Source: Dehalococcoidia bacterium
GTDB taxonomy: Bacteria; Chloroflexota; Dehalococcoidia; GIF9; UBA5629
DNA: 64,000 bases
Direction: 5' to 3'
NCBI GenBank assembly: GCA_034429855.1
Contig: DAOUFT010000073.1
Span: 4,961-68,960, forward strand
Position numbers and translations under genes: made by a program. This document shows positions 9,279-19,138 of this stretch, piece by piece; position 1 is the first letter of the stretch; each line of letters starts with the position of its first letter. The notes below the pieces were generated by a model, which worked only from the letters and a program-made list of their open reading frames with translations, was not told the DNA's origin and ran no database searches.

Positions 9279-10271
9279 TTAAACCCTGTAATTTATTCTT
9301 GTTTTTTTAAATTCCCTTATACTGAATAGTATGATGTAATCTTTAAGCTCCGTATCGGCTGCCATTTTTTTAATTATTTCGTGACAGGTTTCCTCATCTG
9401 TGCTGTGCACCATGGCAAACAGGTTGTAGTTCCAGGCATTGCTGGTCGCTCTTTCATAACAATGACTTACACGCCTGTTGGAAGCCAGAACACGGCCAGC
9501 TTTATCAACCTTGCCGGCGGGAACATTCCAGCATGTCATGGCGTTAGCCCTGTATCCCGCATTTCGATGGTTGATGGAAGCGCCGTAGCGTCTGATGATG
9601 CCGCGACGAAGCAGCGACCGGCTGCGCAATAGCAACTGGTCCACGTCCATTCCAAGGCTGTGGGCCATCGATGCAAAGGGGTCGGCGCTCAGCGGCAGGT
9701 CCCTCTGCAGGCTGTTGATTACATGCCGGTCCGTCTGTGATAACCTCACCCTGCCGGGCAATCCGTTTCCTCTCAAAACATCATCTTCTTCAATGGTGTC
9801 ATCCATATGGCTGAAATTGGTTCTGAGCTTAAATACCTTTATTGCCGGAAGGGTTATAACAGCTTCGGCTTGAGAACCGGCGCAGACGTTAACTACCTCA
9901 GAGTGTAAATCCGTGCGAGGCGGTACCGACAGCGTCACCCAGATATTATATTCATGCTCTCTCTGATAGCCGTGGCTGATGCCCGGATGCGAAATCAGGT
10001 ACTCCTCTGCTTTTTTTATCCTAGGCCCCTTAACCTTCAGTGCAATCAACGTGCTCTGGAATCCGAGTTTTCTGGCGTCCAGAACCGGGCTGATCTGGCG
10101 TACAATGCCCCTCTTTTTCAAACCGGCTATCTTCCTGATTACATCCTTGCCGCTGATGCCGAGTCTTGTGCCGATATCTTCATAGGGTTCTCTGGACAGA
10201 GGGAACGATGACTGGAGCATGCCCAGCAGCCTGTTTTCAATGGAAATACGAGTACTGTCATGCATTGACAT
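9279..10271 (-). CDS. Siroheme decarboxylase, fused AhbA/AhbB (NirD/NirL/NirG/NirH-like tandem Lrp/AsnC-type domains)
   Basis: Two repeated halves, each with an HTH plus an AsnC-like C-domain. The first is LSREPYEDIGTRLGISGKDVIRKIAGLKKRGIVRQI ... and the second is LPLSADPFASMAHSLGMDVDQLLLRSRSLLRRGIIRRYGA. The start was trimmed to ATG 10271 to remove the long overlap with the upstream gene. Confidence 0.7.
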   Translation of the reverse strand: MSMHDSTRISIENRLLGMLQSSFPLSREPYEDIGTRLGISGKDVIRKIAGLKKRGIVRQISPVLDARKLGFQSTLIALKVKGPRIKKAEEYLISHPGISHGYQREHEYNIWVTLSVPPRTDLHSEVVNVCAGSQAEAVITLPAIKVFKLRTNFSHMDDTIEEDDVLRGNGLPGRVRLSQTDRHVINSLQRDLPLSADPFASMAHSLGMDVDQLLLRSRSLLRRGIIRRYGASINHRNAGYRANAMTCWNVPAGKVDKAGRVLASNRRVSHCYERATSNAWNYNLFAMVHSTDEETCHEIIKKMAADTELKDYIILFSIREFKKTRINYRV

Positions 10272-11379
10272 ATTCTTCTGTTGCACCGTGCGGTTGATAG
10301 ATACAATAGGGTTCGGCCGCAAGGTAATCTCCTGTACTCTCAAGCGCGCGCGCCCGGCAGCCGCCGCAGACTCGCTTGTATTCACAGACACCGCATTTTC
10401 CCTTGAGGGCACTCAGGTCGCGCAGTTGCTGGAACAAAGGCGAATCGCGCCATATCTCGCCGAAAGACTGGTGCTGGATATTGCCTGCGGCAACATCCAG
10501 GTAACCGCACCCCTGCACCCTGCCTGTATGCGATATGAAGCAGAAACCGCTGCCGGCCATGCAGCCCCGGCTGATAGAATCGGCCCCCCCACGGCGTCCG
10601 TGCGGTGCGCGGGTGGGCGGAGCTTTCAATTCCTGATTTCCATTACGCTGCCTCAGTATGCGCATATAGTGCGGGGCATCGGTGGGTTTAAAGAAGATCT
10701 TGTCTCCCAGATCTAGTTGTTTATCGTAGATCCAGTTTAAAGCTTTTTCGTATTCCTCTGCACTGAGCTCAACATCGCTTAAGCCCCTGCCCCTGCCTGT
10801 GGGCACCAGGAAAAAGGGATGGAAGGCTACCGCCCCCTCGTTCAGAGCCAGGGAAAGCAAATCGTTCAGGTAGGCGATGTTCAGTCTGGTGAGTGTGCAA
10901 TTGACCTGAACCTCCATGCCTGACTGGCGTATGCAGCGGATACCGGAAAGGGCTGCCTCAAATGCGCCCTGCTGCCCGCGGAATCTATCCTGTGTCTGCG
11001 CCGAGGGAAAATCCAGGCTGACCGAGATTCGCGATAATCCTGCGTCTTTGAGCCGGGCTGCGACTCTGGGTGTAACCAGAGTGCCATTGGTTCCCATGAC
11101 CACACGCAGGCCGCTGACCGTTGCATATTCGGCTATGGAATACACGTCGGAGCGTACTAGCGGCTCACCTCCGGTCAGAATGATGATAGGATTGCCGACT
11201 TCCCTGATCTGGTCGATTAAGGTAAATGCCTTCTGTGTGGACAGTTCGCCCTTGTAACTGCCCGTTGTGGAGGACGCTCGACAGTGCGCGCAATGCAGGT
11301 TACACGAGCGAGTAATCTCCCATGCCACCAGCTGAAGCTCGGGTTTTATTAGATTCAAACTTGAGATATCGGCGCTCAT
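10258..11379 (-). CDS. NirJ-like radical SAM/SPASM protein (AhbC Fe-coproporphyrin synthase or AhbD heme synthase)
   Basis: The radical SAM motif is CNLHCAHC within AWEITRSCNLHCAHCRASS. The C-terminus is SPASM-like (CGVCEYKRVCGGCRARA). The start at ATG 11379 overlaps the upstream stop as ATGA. Confidence 0.7.
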   Translation of the reverse strand: MSADISSLNLIKPELQLVAWEITRSCNLHCAHCRASSTTGSYKGELSTQKAFTLIDQIREVGNPIIILTGGEPLVRSDVYSIAEYATVSGLRVVMGTNGTLVTPRVAARLKDAGLSRISVSLDFPSAQTQDRFRGQQGAFEAALSGIRCIRQSGMEVQVNCTLTRLNIAYLNDLLSLALNEGAVAFHPFFLVPTGRGRGLSDVELSAEEYEKALNWIYDKQLDLGDKIFFKPTDAPHYMRILRQRNGNQELKAPPTRAPHGRRGGADSISRGCMAGSGFCFISHTGRVQGCGYLDVAAGNIQHQSFGEIWRDSPLFQQLRDLSALKGKCGVCEYKRVCGGCRARALESTGDYLAAEPYCIYQPHGATEEYVNA

Positions 11380-12542
11380 TCTATTAAACCTATCTCTTTG
11401 TCGCTCAGATAACAGGCAGGGTCCTCTGCCCATATATCCCCGTGTACAGCCTCGGCACGAACGCGCAGGTTACCGTTGCACAGATCCAGATGGGCGCAGC
11501 GGGCGCAGCGGCCTTTGAGCAGGTGCTTGCGGTTTTTCAGCCCTTTCAGCACCGGCTGTGACATGTCCGTCCAGATTTCGCCGAACTTTCTCTGTAAAAC
11601 ATTTCCCGGCGAGTAGCTCTGCCAGAACTGGTCAGGGTGGACGGCCCCTCTATCGTCTACCGCTCCAATCCTTATCCCAGAGTTATTGCCACCATTAAGT
11701 TTGAGCAACTTTCGTATTCGTTCAGCTTTCTCACTCCCCTGTTCCCTCATCTTCAGATACAGGTATACGCCGTCAGCATGGTTACCCACCGTGAGCACTT
11801 CTATGGGATATCCTCGCCTGTGCATTTCCAGTGTCCGGTCACAGATCATGTCCACAACTCTTCGCTTTTCGGAGTGAGGGAGGTCATGTTGTCTAAGTTT
11901 ATCGCCCCGTCCGGAATAGGCCAGGTGGTAAAAACACACACGGTTGATATTTTCCCGTTCTATCAGCGAGAAGATATCGGGAATATCTGTGTGGTTGTAT
12001 CTTGTTATAGTGAGCCTGAGAGATACCCTGATGTCCCTTGCCACGCAGGCACGGATACCATCCAGGGCCTCTTGATAGGCACCATCTTTACCGCGAAAGC
12101 GATCGTTGGTTATGCTTGTGCCATCCAGGCTGATACCGACCTCGGCAAAACCAGTCTCACCGATCTTGTCTGCTGTTTTATCATCTATTAATGTGCCGTT
12201 GGTTGATAGAGCAATGCGTAGATTACGGCTGACGGCATGTTGCGCCAGATCGAAGATGTCGCTTCTCATCAGGGGTTCACCACCCGAAAATAGAATTACC
12301 GGCACATTGAAATCAGCTAGGTCGTCGATGAATCGCATACCTTGTTCGGTGTTCATCGAGGGCGCATCTGCACGGCTGCTGGAGCCCGCATAGCAATGTA
12401 TGCATTGAAGGTTGCACCGGCGGGTGCAATTCCATACCACCACCGGTCCCGGCTCCCTTTTAGCCTGGACTGCCGGGTCGCGGTAACGCAGAACGTCGCC
12501 TGGGCTTACGGTGCCGCAAAGCAAACGGGATATCGATATCAT
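11376..12542 (-). CDS. NirJ-like radical SAM/SPASM protein (AhbC/AhbD, paralog of the previous gene)
   Basis: VVWNCTRRCNLQCIHCYAGSS ... C-terminal CARCAHLDLCNGN. It overlaps the MerR-like gene by 4 nt. Confidence 0.7.
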   Translation of the reverse strand: MISISRLLCGTVSPGDVLRYRDPAVQAKREPGPVVVWNCTRRCNLQCIHCYAGSSSRADAPSMNTEQGMRFIDDLADFNVPVILFSGGEPLMRSDIFDLAQHAVSRNLRIALSTNGTLIDDKTADKIGETGFAEVGISLDGTSITNDRFRGKDGAYQEALDGIRACVARDIRVSLRLTITRYNHTDIPDIFSLIERENINRVCFYHLAYSGRGDKLRQHDLPHSEKRRVVDMICDRTLEMHRRGYPIEVLTVGNHADGVYLYLKMREQGSEKAERIRKLLKLNGGNNSGIRIGAVDDRGAVHPDQFWQSYSPGNVLQRKFGEIWTDMSQPVLKGLKNRKHLLKGRCARCAHLDLCNGNLRVRAEAVHGDIWAEDPACYLSDKEIGLIE

Positions 12543-13192
12543 TGATGCGCCGCTCTGCTGCCAGCATTCTTTTGATGTTCGTCAATCATGGAAATAAGTG
12601 TCATATCTATCAAGTGGTTGGCAAGTGGTATGGCCTCTGCAATGCGGCCCCCACGTGCCTCCCGTTTTCCTGCCAGGCCGGCTGCCGACTGCATGATCAG
12701 CTCCCGGTGCATGAGAAAGGCTTCCGTAGCTTCGGTCAAAGGCATTCCCATCTCGGCCAGCAGAATGCCGAAACATCTGCCCGTGTCGCGGGCAGCGGAG
12801 AGCGATTCCTCCCTTCTGGCTGGCTCGCTGATGTATCTGGCCGTCAGGTGAAGCAAGCGGCGTCCCAGCTCTGCCAACCGTAGCTGGTGCTCTTTACATG
12901 GCTTGACCGCTTGTGGAGACCTGTCGAAAAAGCCGCGCGCTATCTCCCGGTGTCGGGGTGTGGTATCTTCCAGCTCGCTGACCAGGTCTTTGATGCCCAG
13001 CACCTTCTGCCCGGAACGTGTGAGCTTCTTCAGGTCGGATTTAAAATAACGCCTGTGTCCTCCCGGGGTTACGAATGCGCTGAGCTTGCCCTCGTCCGGC
13101 CACTGTCGCAGTGTTGCTTCGTTGACCCCCAGTATCTGGCTGGCTTCTCTTATGCTGATTACGTCTGTTCTTTTCACCGCAAAGCCCCTCAT
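12539..13192 (-). CDS. MerR/excisionase-type HTH transcriptional regulator with a C-terminal domain of unknown function; first gene of the ahb/hem operon
   Basis: N-terminal VISIREASQILGVNEATLRQWPDEGKLSAFVTPGGHRRYF is a MerR-family HTH. The C-terminal ~140 aa has no recognised motif. Confidence 0.55.
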   Translation of the reverse strand: MRGFAVKRTDVISIREASQILGVNEATLRQWPDEGKLSAFVTPGGHRRYFKSDLKKLTRSGQKVLGIKDLVSELEDTTPRHREIARGFFDRSPQAVKPCKEHQLRLAELGRRLLHLTARYISEPARREESLSAARDTGRCFGILLAEMGMPLTEATEAFLMHRELIMQSAAGLAGKREARGGRIAEAIPLANHLIDMTLISMIDEHQKNAGSRAAHQ

Positions 13193-13234
13193 ATTTGAAA
13201 TAAGTTCATCCGCTCAAGATTTAATGGTAAAGAA

Positions 13235-13264
13235 TTCTATAGAAATATGCAATTTTCTATAGAA
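13235..13264. promoter_or_regulatory. Two copies of the perfect 10-bp palindrome TTCTATAGAA, 20 bp centre-to-centre, in the promoter of the MerR-ahb-hem operon
   Basis: TTCTATAGAA is at 13235-13244 and again at 13255-13264. The minus-strand reading has a TTGCAT / 17 nt / TACCAT promoter-like arrangement that brackets one copy. Confidence 0.4.
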
Positions 13265-13292
13265 TCACATGGATAAGGCTGGGATGGAAGTA

Positions 13293-14588
13293 TCAGGATT
13301 CCATTTGCAGCTCTATTTTTTCGACCTTGGCATAGTCTTTTTTATAAAAGAAGGAGCCTGCGAAAAATAGAGCCGCAGCGACGATAAGGTAAATGGGAAG
13401 AAAGCTCATGGCCGTCTTTATGCCATAGGCGTCGGAGAAAGCGCCTGTCACTATCGGGCCCAGTGACGACCCCAGCAGGTGCTGGATAATCACAGCCAGG
13501 GCGACGGAAGTGGCGCGCAGACCGGCGTGCACCACATCCTGGCAGACTGCCAGAGCGGCGGGTATGAAGCTGGTGATGGCGATACCTACCAGAAGCAACA
13601 TTAAATACTGTACCATGCCTTCCAGCAACGAAAATGATAAGTAGACCAGCGCGGCGGTGATTATGATCGAGATGGCGCAAAACAGCAGCCGCGCGCGCAG
13701 GTCTTTTTTATACCACAGGTCGGCCAGGAATCCGCCTAGCGGTGCCCCTATGATCGCAAGTGCCATGATTGCGCTGGCGCGCAGTCCGGCCTGATCCTCT
13801 GCTATACCTCCGACGCGGAAGAAATAGGTCGGCAGCCAGGTGATGAGAGAGGTGGTAACGAATACTACAGCGGCGAAACCCAGATAGGTGAACCACAGAC
13901 TGGGAGTCTTGAGGAACTCCCTGCTGATATCACCAAAGGTCATTTTTTTCTTGCCTGTTCCTTTATCTGAATCTACCGTCTTGACCAGTTCAACGGTTTT
14001 ATAGTCCTTTACGAAGAAAAATAGGATGGCCACGATCAGACCAGGGATGGCTACCAGTCCAAAGGCATGCTGCCATCCCAGTGATTTGGCGATTATCCCG
14101 CCCAGGGCAATACCTACCGCACTGCCCAGCGGTATGGAGGCGTTCCAGATGCCGAACATTCGGGCACGCTGCTCCTCGGGATATATTCCGGCTATCATGG
14201 CGGATCCGCCGGGAGCGTAACCGGCTTCGCCGATGCCGATGGCCGTCCTGGCGCCGAAAAGCGCTTTAAAGTTGGGCATAAAGGCGCAAGCCGCAGTGGC
14301 CAGGCTCCAGAAAACGGCCATCAGTCCGATAGTTTTCTTTCGGCTCCAGCGATCGACAAGTATGGATACCGGAAAGGTAAAGATCAGGATGGCCCAGTAA
14401 ACCGCTGAAACCAGCATGCCGCATTCGGCATCCGATATTCCCCAGTCCCTTTGAATAAAGGGAAAAAGCGAGGTGACTACCGTGCGATCCACATAGTCGA
14501 AAAAATAAAGCAGGAAGAGCAGGACGAATATATACAGCCGTGAGGCTGACGACAGCTGGTACCGTTGAGCGTCAGGCTGATTATACAT
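13293..14588 (-). CDS. MFS transporter
   Basis: 431 aa with about 12 predicted TM segments. MFS signature-like GRxxDRxGRK-type loop (VDRWSRKKT). Confidence 0.75.
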   Translation of the reverse strand: MYNQPDAQRYQLSSASRLYIFVLLFLLYFFDYVDRTVVTSLFPFIQRDWGISDAECGMLVSAVYWAILIFTFPVSILVDRWSRKKTIGLMAVFWSLATAACAFMPNFKALFGARTAIGIGEAGYAPGGSAMIAGIYPEEQRARMFGIWNASIPLGSAVGIALGGIIAKSLGWQHAFGLVAIPGLIVAILFFFVKDYKTVELVKTVDSDKGTGKKKMTFGDISREFLKTPSLWFTYLGFAAVVFVTTSLITWLPTYFFRVGGIAEDQAGLRASAIMALAIIGAPLGGFLADLWYKKDLRARLLFCAISIIITAALVYLSFSLLEGMVQYLMLLLVGIAITSFIPAALAVCQDVVHAGLRATSVALAVIIQHLLGSSLGPIVTGAFSDAYGIKTAMSFLPIYLIVAAALFFAGSFFYKKDYAKVEKIELQMES

Positions 14589-14623
14589 CCTGCTCCTCCT
14601 TTTTCGTCTTTCCAGAACAGAAG

Positions 14624-15547
14624 CTATTTCTTCTTCAGGTGCAGTAGTTCCCTGGCTTCTTCAACCGTGGCAATCTCGAAATCCAGCTCCCTTGCTATCC
14701 TGACAGCCTTTTCAACCAGTTCGGCGTTGGATTTGGCCAGCACACCATGTGAGATATAAATGTTGTCCTCAAGTCCGACACGTACACTGTCAGCGCCCAG
14801 CAGCATGGCAAGGGTTATCATGGGGAACTCATCTTTACCGATACCCAGCGCCTGCCACTTGGAATTGGGGAACATTCTCTTGCCTTCTTCGGCTATATAC
14901 ATTAGCTGCCTCGGTGTGGCGGGCTGGCCACCGGCTACACCCAGCGGGTAGTCGATGTGAAATACCATGTTTTTATCAAACAGACCTTCCTCGCACAATG
15001 CCATTGTATTGTAGAGATGGCTGACATCCCAGATCTCTAACTCCATGCCCCAGCCTTTTTCCAGGATGCCCTTGATCACTTTTCTCTGGAAGGGCGGAGT
15101 GTTGCTGAATGTAGAAAAACCATATTTACCGATGGACATGTCGAAGGTACCCATGTTGACCGTAAGCATGTCCGGTTCAGGCTTGATGTCAAGCAGCGCC
15201 AGCTTTTGTTCTTCGGAAGCCGGGATGATCTGCCAGGTCTTGGTATCGACCCAGGCACCGATACCGCCACCCGCTTCGATAATGATCGGACACTTTTCCC
15301 GAATGCGTTCCACTACCTGCCCCCATACCTTGATATCGGGGGTTGCCAGCATGCTTACAGGGTCTCTGGCGTGGATGTGGCAGAGAGTGGCGCCGGCGTT
15401 ATACGAACGGTATGCCTCCTCCGCGACTTCTTCTGGTGTTATTGGCAGATAAGGCGTTCTTTTGCCGAGATTGGGTAAATTTGGCGTTTTTTCATGCAGT
15501 GTATTGGAGCCGAATGGTGCCACCTGGATGATAAGTTTCTTGGCCAT
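14624..15547 (-). CDS. BKACE-family beta-keto acid cleavage enzyme (3-keto-5-aminohexanoate cleavage enzyme-like, DUF849)
   Basis: KLIIQVAPFGSNTLHEKTPNLP ... ITPEEVAEEAYRSYNAGATLCHIHARDP ... IIEAGGG. Length is 307 aa. Confidence 0.8.
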   Translation of the reverse strand: MAKKLIIQVAPFGSNTLHEKTPNLPNLGKRTPYLPITPEEVAEEAYRSYNAGATLCHIHARDPVSMLATPDIKVWGQVVERIREKCPIIIEAGGGIGAWVDTKTWQIIPASEEQKLALLDIKPEPDMLTVNMGTFDMSIGKYGFSTFSNTPPFQRKVIKGILEKGWGMELEIWDVSHLYNTMALCEEGLFDKNMVFHIDYPLGVAGGQPATPRQLMYIAEEGKRMFPNSKWQALGIGKDEFPMITLAMLLGADSVRVGLEDNIYISHGVLAKSNAELVEKAVRIARELDFEIATVEEARELLHLKKK

Positions 15548-15578
15548 GTGATTATGAACCTCCTTTGTGTGAAAATTG

Positions 15579-16613
15579 TTATTTTAAATACGCAATGATG
15601 CTGTCGAATTCTATTAAGTTGGCCGGTTCAGGCTTTCTCTTGCCATCCTCTATCTCCTTGACAACTCTGGTTACCATCTCGTTGGCCGGTGTTTTCAGTC
15701 CGACCTCTTTCCCCTTCCTGACCACATAACCGTTGACGAAATCAACCTCGGTCTTGCGGCCCTTCTCAATGTCCTGCCACATGGACGGCTTGGTGGCCTT
15801 GTGATTTGCAAAGCCTATCTCCATCAGCTTGGATGCCTTCTCGAAGTCCTCCTTATTGCGCACCAGTACCACGGAGGGAGAGACGCCCATCAGGTCGGCG
15901 AATTTAACGCCAGCCTCGATACCGACGTCGTAAGTCTCAGTTATCACGGGCAGCGCCACCTTGCGGGCTGTCTCGTTCTCGATAACGCCTCCGTATGTCA
16001 GTCCTGCCGTTGTGCCTACGCCGGTCAGCGAAACGGTGATCAGCAGCTTGGTCCAGCGGTCACCGATGATGTTGTCCGATACCTCGGTATTGAAGGCCTT
16101 GGAAAGTAGAGCGGCCGTATCATCCACTATTTTGCTCTTGCCCGTGGGCCATTGTCCGATGATGAATCCGCCGTCTGTGGTCTGCATCAGCTGGCCCGGA
16201 CCCTTATTGGTGCTGCCCCAGGTGATGCTGCAGGCGATTGTGCGCTCGATGCCGACGATTTTGGAGATTGTCTCCTCGTTGATGCCGTTCTGCAGTGAGA
16301 CGACGGGAGCAGTCTTTGATATCGCCGGTAAAACGGATTTCAGCGCATTTTCAGTGTGCAATCCTTTGACTGCCAGAAGGACGATATCAGCCCAACCGGC
16401 GTTTTTCTTGTCCACGAAATCGCCGGGTAGCATGGCCTTTACAGGCACGGTCAGCTCTCTGAAGCCGCTGATCTCCAGGCCGTTGTTCATACGTTTGACA
16501 TGCTCTTTATCGGCATCCAGCACTACCACGTCCAATCCCTGTTTGCTTAGCAGTGCTGCTGTGATGCCGCCGATAGCGCCTCCGCCCACCACTAAAATCT
16601 TATTGAATCCCAT
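15579..16613 (-). CDS. Ketopantoate reductase (PanE/ApbA) family NAD(P)-dependent oxidoreductase
   Basis: KILVVGGGAIGGITAALLSKQGLDVVVLD Rossmann fold. Length is 344 aa. It overlaps the upstream dehydrogenase gene by 14 nt. Confidence 0.7.
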   Translation of the reverse strand: MGFNKILVVGGGAIGGITAALLSKQGLDVVVLDADKEHVKRMNNGLEISGFRELTVPVKAMLPGDFVDKKNAGWADIVLLAVKGLHTENALKSVLPAISKTAPVVSLQNGINEETISKIVGIERTIACSITWGSTNKGPGQLMQTTDGGFIIGQWPTGKSKIVDDTAALLSKAFNTEVSDNIIGDRWTKLLITVSLTGVGTTAGLTYGGVIENETARKVALPVITETYDVGIEAGVKFADLMGVSPSVVLVRNKEDFEKASKLMEIGFANHKATKPSMWQDIEKGRKTEVDFVNGYVVRKGKEVGLKTPANEMVTRVVKEIEDGKRKPEPANLIEFDSIIAYLK

Positions 16614-17571
16614 GGGTCAGAGTACCTCCTTTCGTCCCCGAGGGACGGTTTGTCACTATCTCCAGCAGTTGACGGTCGATCTCCTGCATGGTTTCGTCAC
16701 GGCTGCGTCCGCCATAATCATAGAAGCCCCTGCCTGTCTTCATGCCGAAGTGGCCTGCCTGAACCAGCTCGCGCAGATGGGCGGCGCGCGGGTCGCTGTG
16801 CGCGTTGGGATCTAAGTTCAGTATCGCCTGCCAGATCAGGTCCAGGCCGATCAGGTCCATGGTCTTGAAAGGCCCCATGACCGATAGGCGCGGGCCCAGT
16901 CCCTGTGTAAAGGCAAAGTCTATCTCCTCCAGGGTGGCTACCCCACGTCCCAGGAAATCCAGCGCCGCGGCCATTATCGCCATGTTGAATGAGTTGACCA
17001 GATAGCCGGGCACAACCCTGTCGCAGATAATCGGCCTCTTGCCGATTTGTTCTATCAGGTCAGTAGTGTCTTTAAATGTTTTATCGGAAGTAGAGCTGCC
17101 CCGAGCCACCTCAACTATCGGCATAACTTCCGGTGGATTGATAAAATGCGCCAGGATCGTCCTGTCTTTGCCAGAGACCTTTTCGGCTATTACGTCTATG
17201 GAGATGGTGGAGGAATTGCTGGCCAGAATTGCCCGACGCGGGCAGGCTTTTTCCAGGTCGGCGAAAACACGGCTTTTGATCTGTATATCCTCTTTAATGG
17301 CCTCAAGAATAAAGTCAGCTTCGGCCGCTGCCTCCGATAAGGATGCTGTAAGGTTTATTCTGCCCGCGATGTCCTTTCCACCGCGATTACTCGAATTCGA
17401 GGTATTCTCGAATAGACGGGCAATGGAAGTGATGCTGCTTGCAGCACGCTCGAGCGCAGCGGAGTCTATATCGGCCAGTACAACGGGGAAACCGTGCCGG
17501 GCGAACGATACGGCGATACCCGGGCCCATTACGCCCGCCCCGATGACGGCAATACGCTCAATTCCGGGCAT
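16600..17571 (-). CDS. 3-hydroxyacyl-CoA (3-hydroxybutyryl-CoA) dehydrogenase family protein
   Basis: IAVIGAGVMGPGIAVSFARHGFPVVLADIDSAALERA ... C-terminal dimerisation domain. Length is 323 aa. Confidence 0.8.
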   Translation of the reverse strand: MPGIERIAVIGAGVMGPGIAVSFARHGFPVVLADIDSAALERAASSITSIARLFENTSNSSNRGGKDIAGRINLTASLSEAAAEADFILEAIKEDIQIKSRVFADLEKACPRRAILASNSSTISIDVIAEKVSGKDRTILAHFINPPEVMPIVEVARGSSTSDKTFKDTTDLIEQIGKRPIICDRVVPGYLVNSFNMAIMAAALDFLGRGVATLEEIDFAFTQGLGPRLSVMGPFKTMDLIGLDLIWQAILNLDPNAHSDPRAAHLRELVQAGHFGMKTGRGFYDYGGRSRDETMQEIDRQLLEIVTNRPSGTKGGTLTHGIQ

Positions 17572-17601
17572 GACTTGTCGGCTTCTCCTGATCAGGCCGG
17601 G

Positions 17602-19044
17602 CTACAGCAGGCTGGCAGGCCTGATCTTTTTTCTCGCTTTCTGGATGTAGTAAAGTGCCAGTCCCACGATGATGGCCAGAACAAACAGTATGATAGGCCA
17701 GTAGACCTTCTGCATCAGCATGAACACTATGAGCAGCAGCATGAATATTACATTCAGCACGGCGGCGGTTATGGCTGTGAAGGATACCACGCCCGGCTTG
17801 AATTTATATTGCGACAATTTAACCTCGTTGGGGTGGGTCTTGTGCAGTCTTGATACCGCTATCAACACCAGCGTCACCATCCACAGCATACCGAAGTTGA
17901 GCATGGCTCCGTAGATGGCCAGGCTCTCGCCTGCCAGCAGCAGTGTGATCACGGTCAGCGCCCAGGGCAGAGTGAGCCCCCAGTGTGGCGTGCCCCAGCG
18001 CTTGTTTATATCGGCCAGAAACTTGGGGAAAAAGCCGTCTTGGGCATAGACCATGACATAACGGCCGGAGACGGTCATCAGCGCGTGCAGAGTGGAAATG
18101 CAGGCCATTACCGCGCCGCCGATGATGAAGAAGAAGAACCAGAAGGAATTGGCGCCGAATATCTGCCTGCTGACAGCGCCCAGGTCCTTAGATGCCGCAA
18201 GCTGGTCCCAGGGCATGACACCTACCGCCACAAGCTCTACAAAGAACGTGAGCAGAAACACTCCCACCATCGCCAGGAACAGTCCGCGGGGTATGGTGAC
18301 CTTGGCATTCTTCACCTCCTCGCCCAGCTCGATGCCGAAGCGTCCGCCGGCAATCAGCGTGTAGCAGATAGCCGCTGCCGCGATCAATCCCACCGTCACG
18401 CCCAGTGTGGGAGGCATGCCGGGAAACTTCAGATTGCCTGTGAACATGGTCGAGAAGTTGGACCACTCGATCTGCGGAAAACCGCCGAAAATGAAAGCTA
18501 ACAGTGCGACAATCAACAGAAATACCATGCCGAACTGCACCCAGGCGGTGGGCTTGATACCCACAATGTTGATGATATAGAAGATGGTAATCGAGATTAT
18601 CGCGATCAGCACCACCCATGAGATGCCCAGCCCCGGCACCATCGCAGGGGCGTCCGGGAACAGCATCATGAGGAAACGCGCATTCGTGATGGCGAAGAGG
18701 GGAAGGCCGCCCAGCGGCACGGCTACCAGCAGCACTATAACAGTCGCTACTGCCAGTGGATACGAGGCTAGCTTGCTGTACTGGTAGCTGGCTGCCGACT
18801 TGGGAGCGATGGAGGTAATCAGCATGTAAGGAATTATGGCTAAAAATACGGGCAGTGAGCAGATTAACTGCGCAATGATAATTGAGGGGCCGGTCAGACC
18901 GGCGGCGACCGTGGTCAGCGTGAACAGCGAGCCGCCGATATTCAGGCCTATCATGAGGAAAACCAGCAGTAGTAAAGTTAGCTCTTTTCTGAGTATGCCC
19001 TGGCCTTGCTGTGTCTCTTCTTTCATCCCTGTCAACTCCTTCAT
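17602..19044 (-). CDS. APC-superfamily amino acid permease
   Basis: 480 aa with about 12 TM segments. APC-type architecture. Confidence 0.75.
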   Translation of the reverse strand: MKELTGMKEETQQGQGILRKELTLLLLVFLMIGLNIGGSLFTLTTVAAGLTGPSIIIAQLICSLPVFLAIIPYMLITSIAPKSAASYQYSKLASYPLAVATVIVLLVAVPLGGLPLFAITNARFLMMLFPDAPAMVPGLGISWVVLIAIISITIFYIINIVGIKPTAWVQFGMVFLLIVALLAFIFGGFPQIEWSNFSTMFTGNLKFPGMPPTLGVTVGLIAAAAICYTLIAGGRFGIELGEEVKNAKVTIPRGLFLAMVGVFLLTFFVELVAVGVMPWDQLAASKDLGAVSRQIFGANSFWFFFFIIGGAVMACISTLHALMTVSGRYVMVYAQDGFFPKFLADINKRWGTPHWGLTLPWALTVITLLLAGESLAIYGAMLNFGMLWMVTLVLIAVSRLHKTHPNEVKLSQYKFKPGVVSFTAITAAVLNVIFMLLLIVFMLMQKVYWPIILFVLAIIVGLALYYIQKARKKIRPASLL

Positions 19045-19138
19045 CTTATTTGTAGCTGCTGAGAAAAGGGTGGGTCAAGGCATTATACAATTTCCATTTC
19101 CCCTGTCAATATACCTGTATGAACAACATTTATATCTA

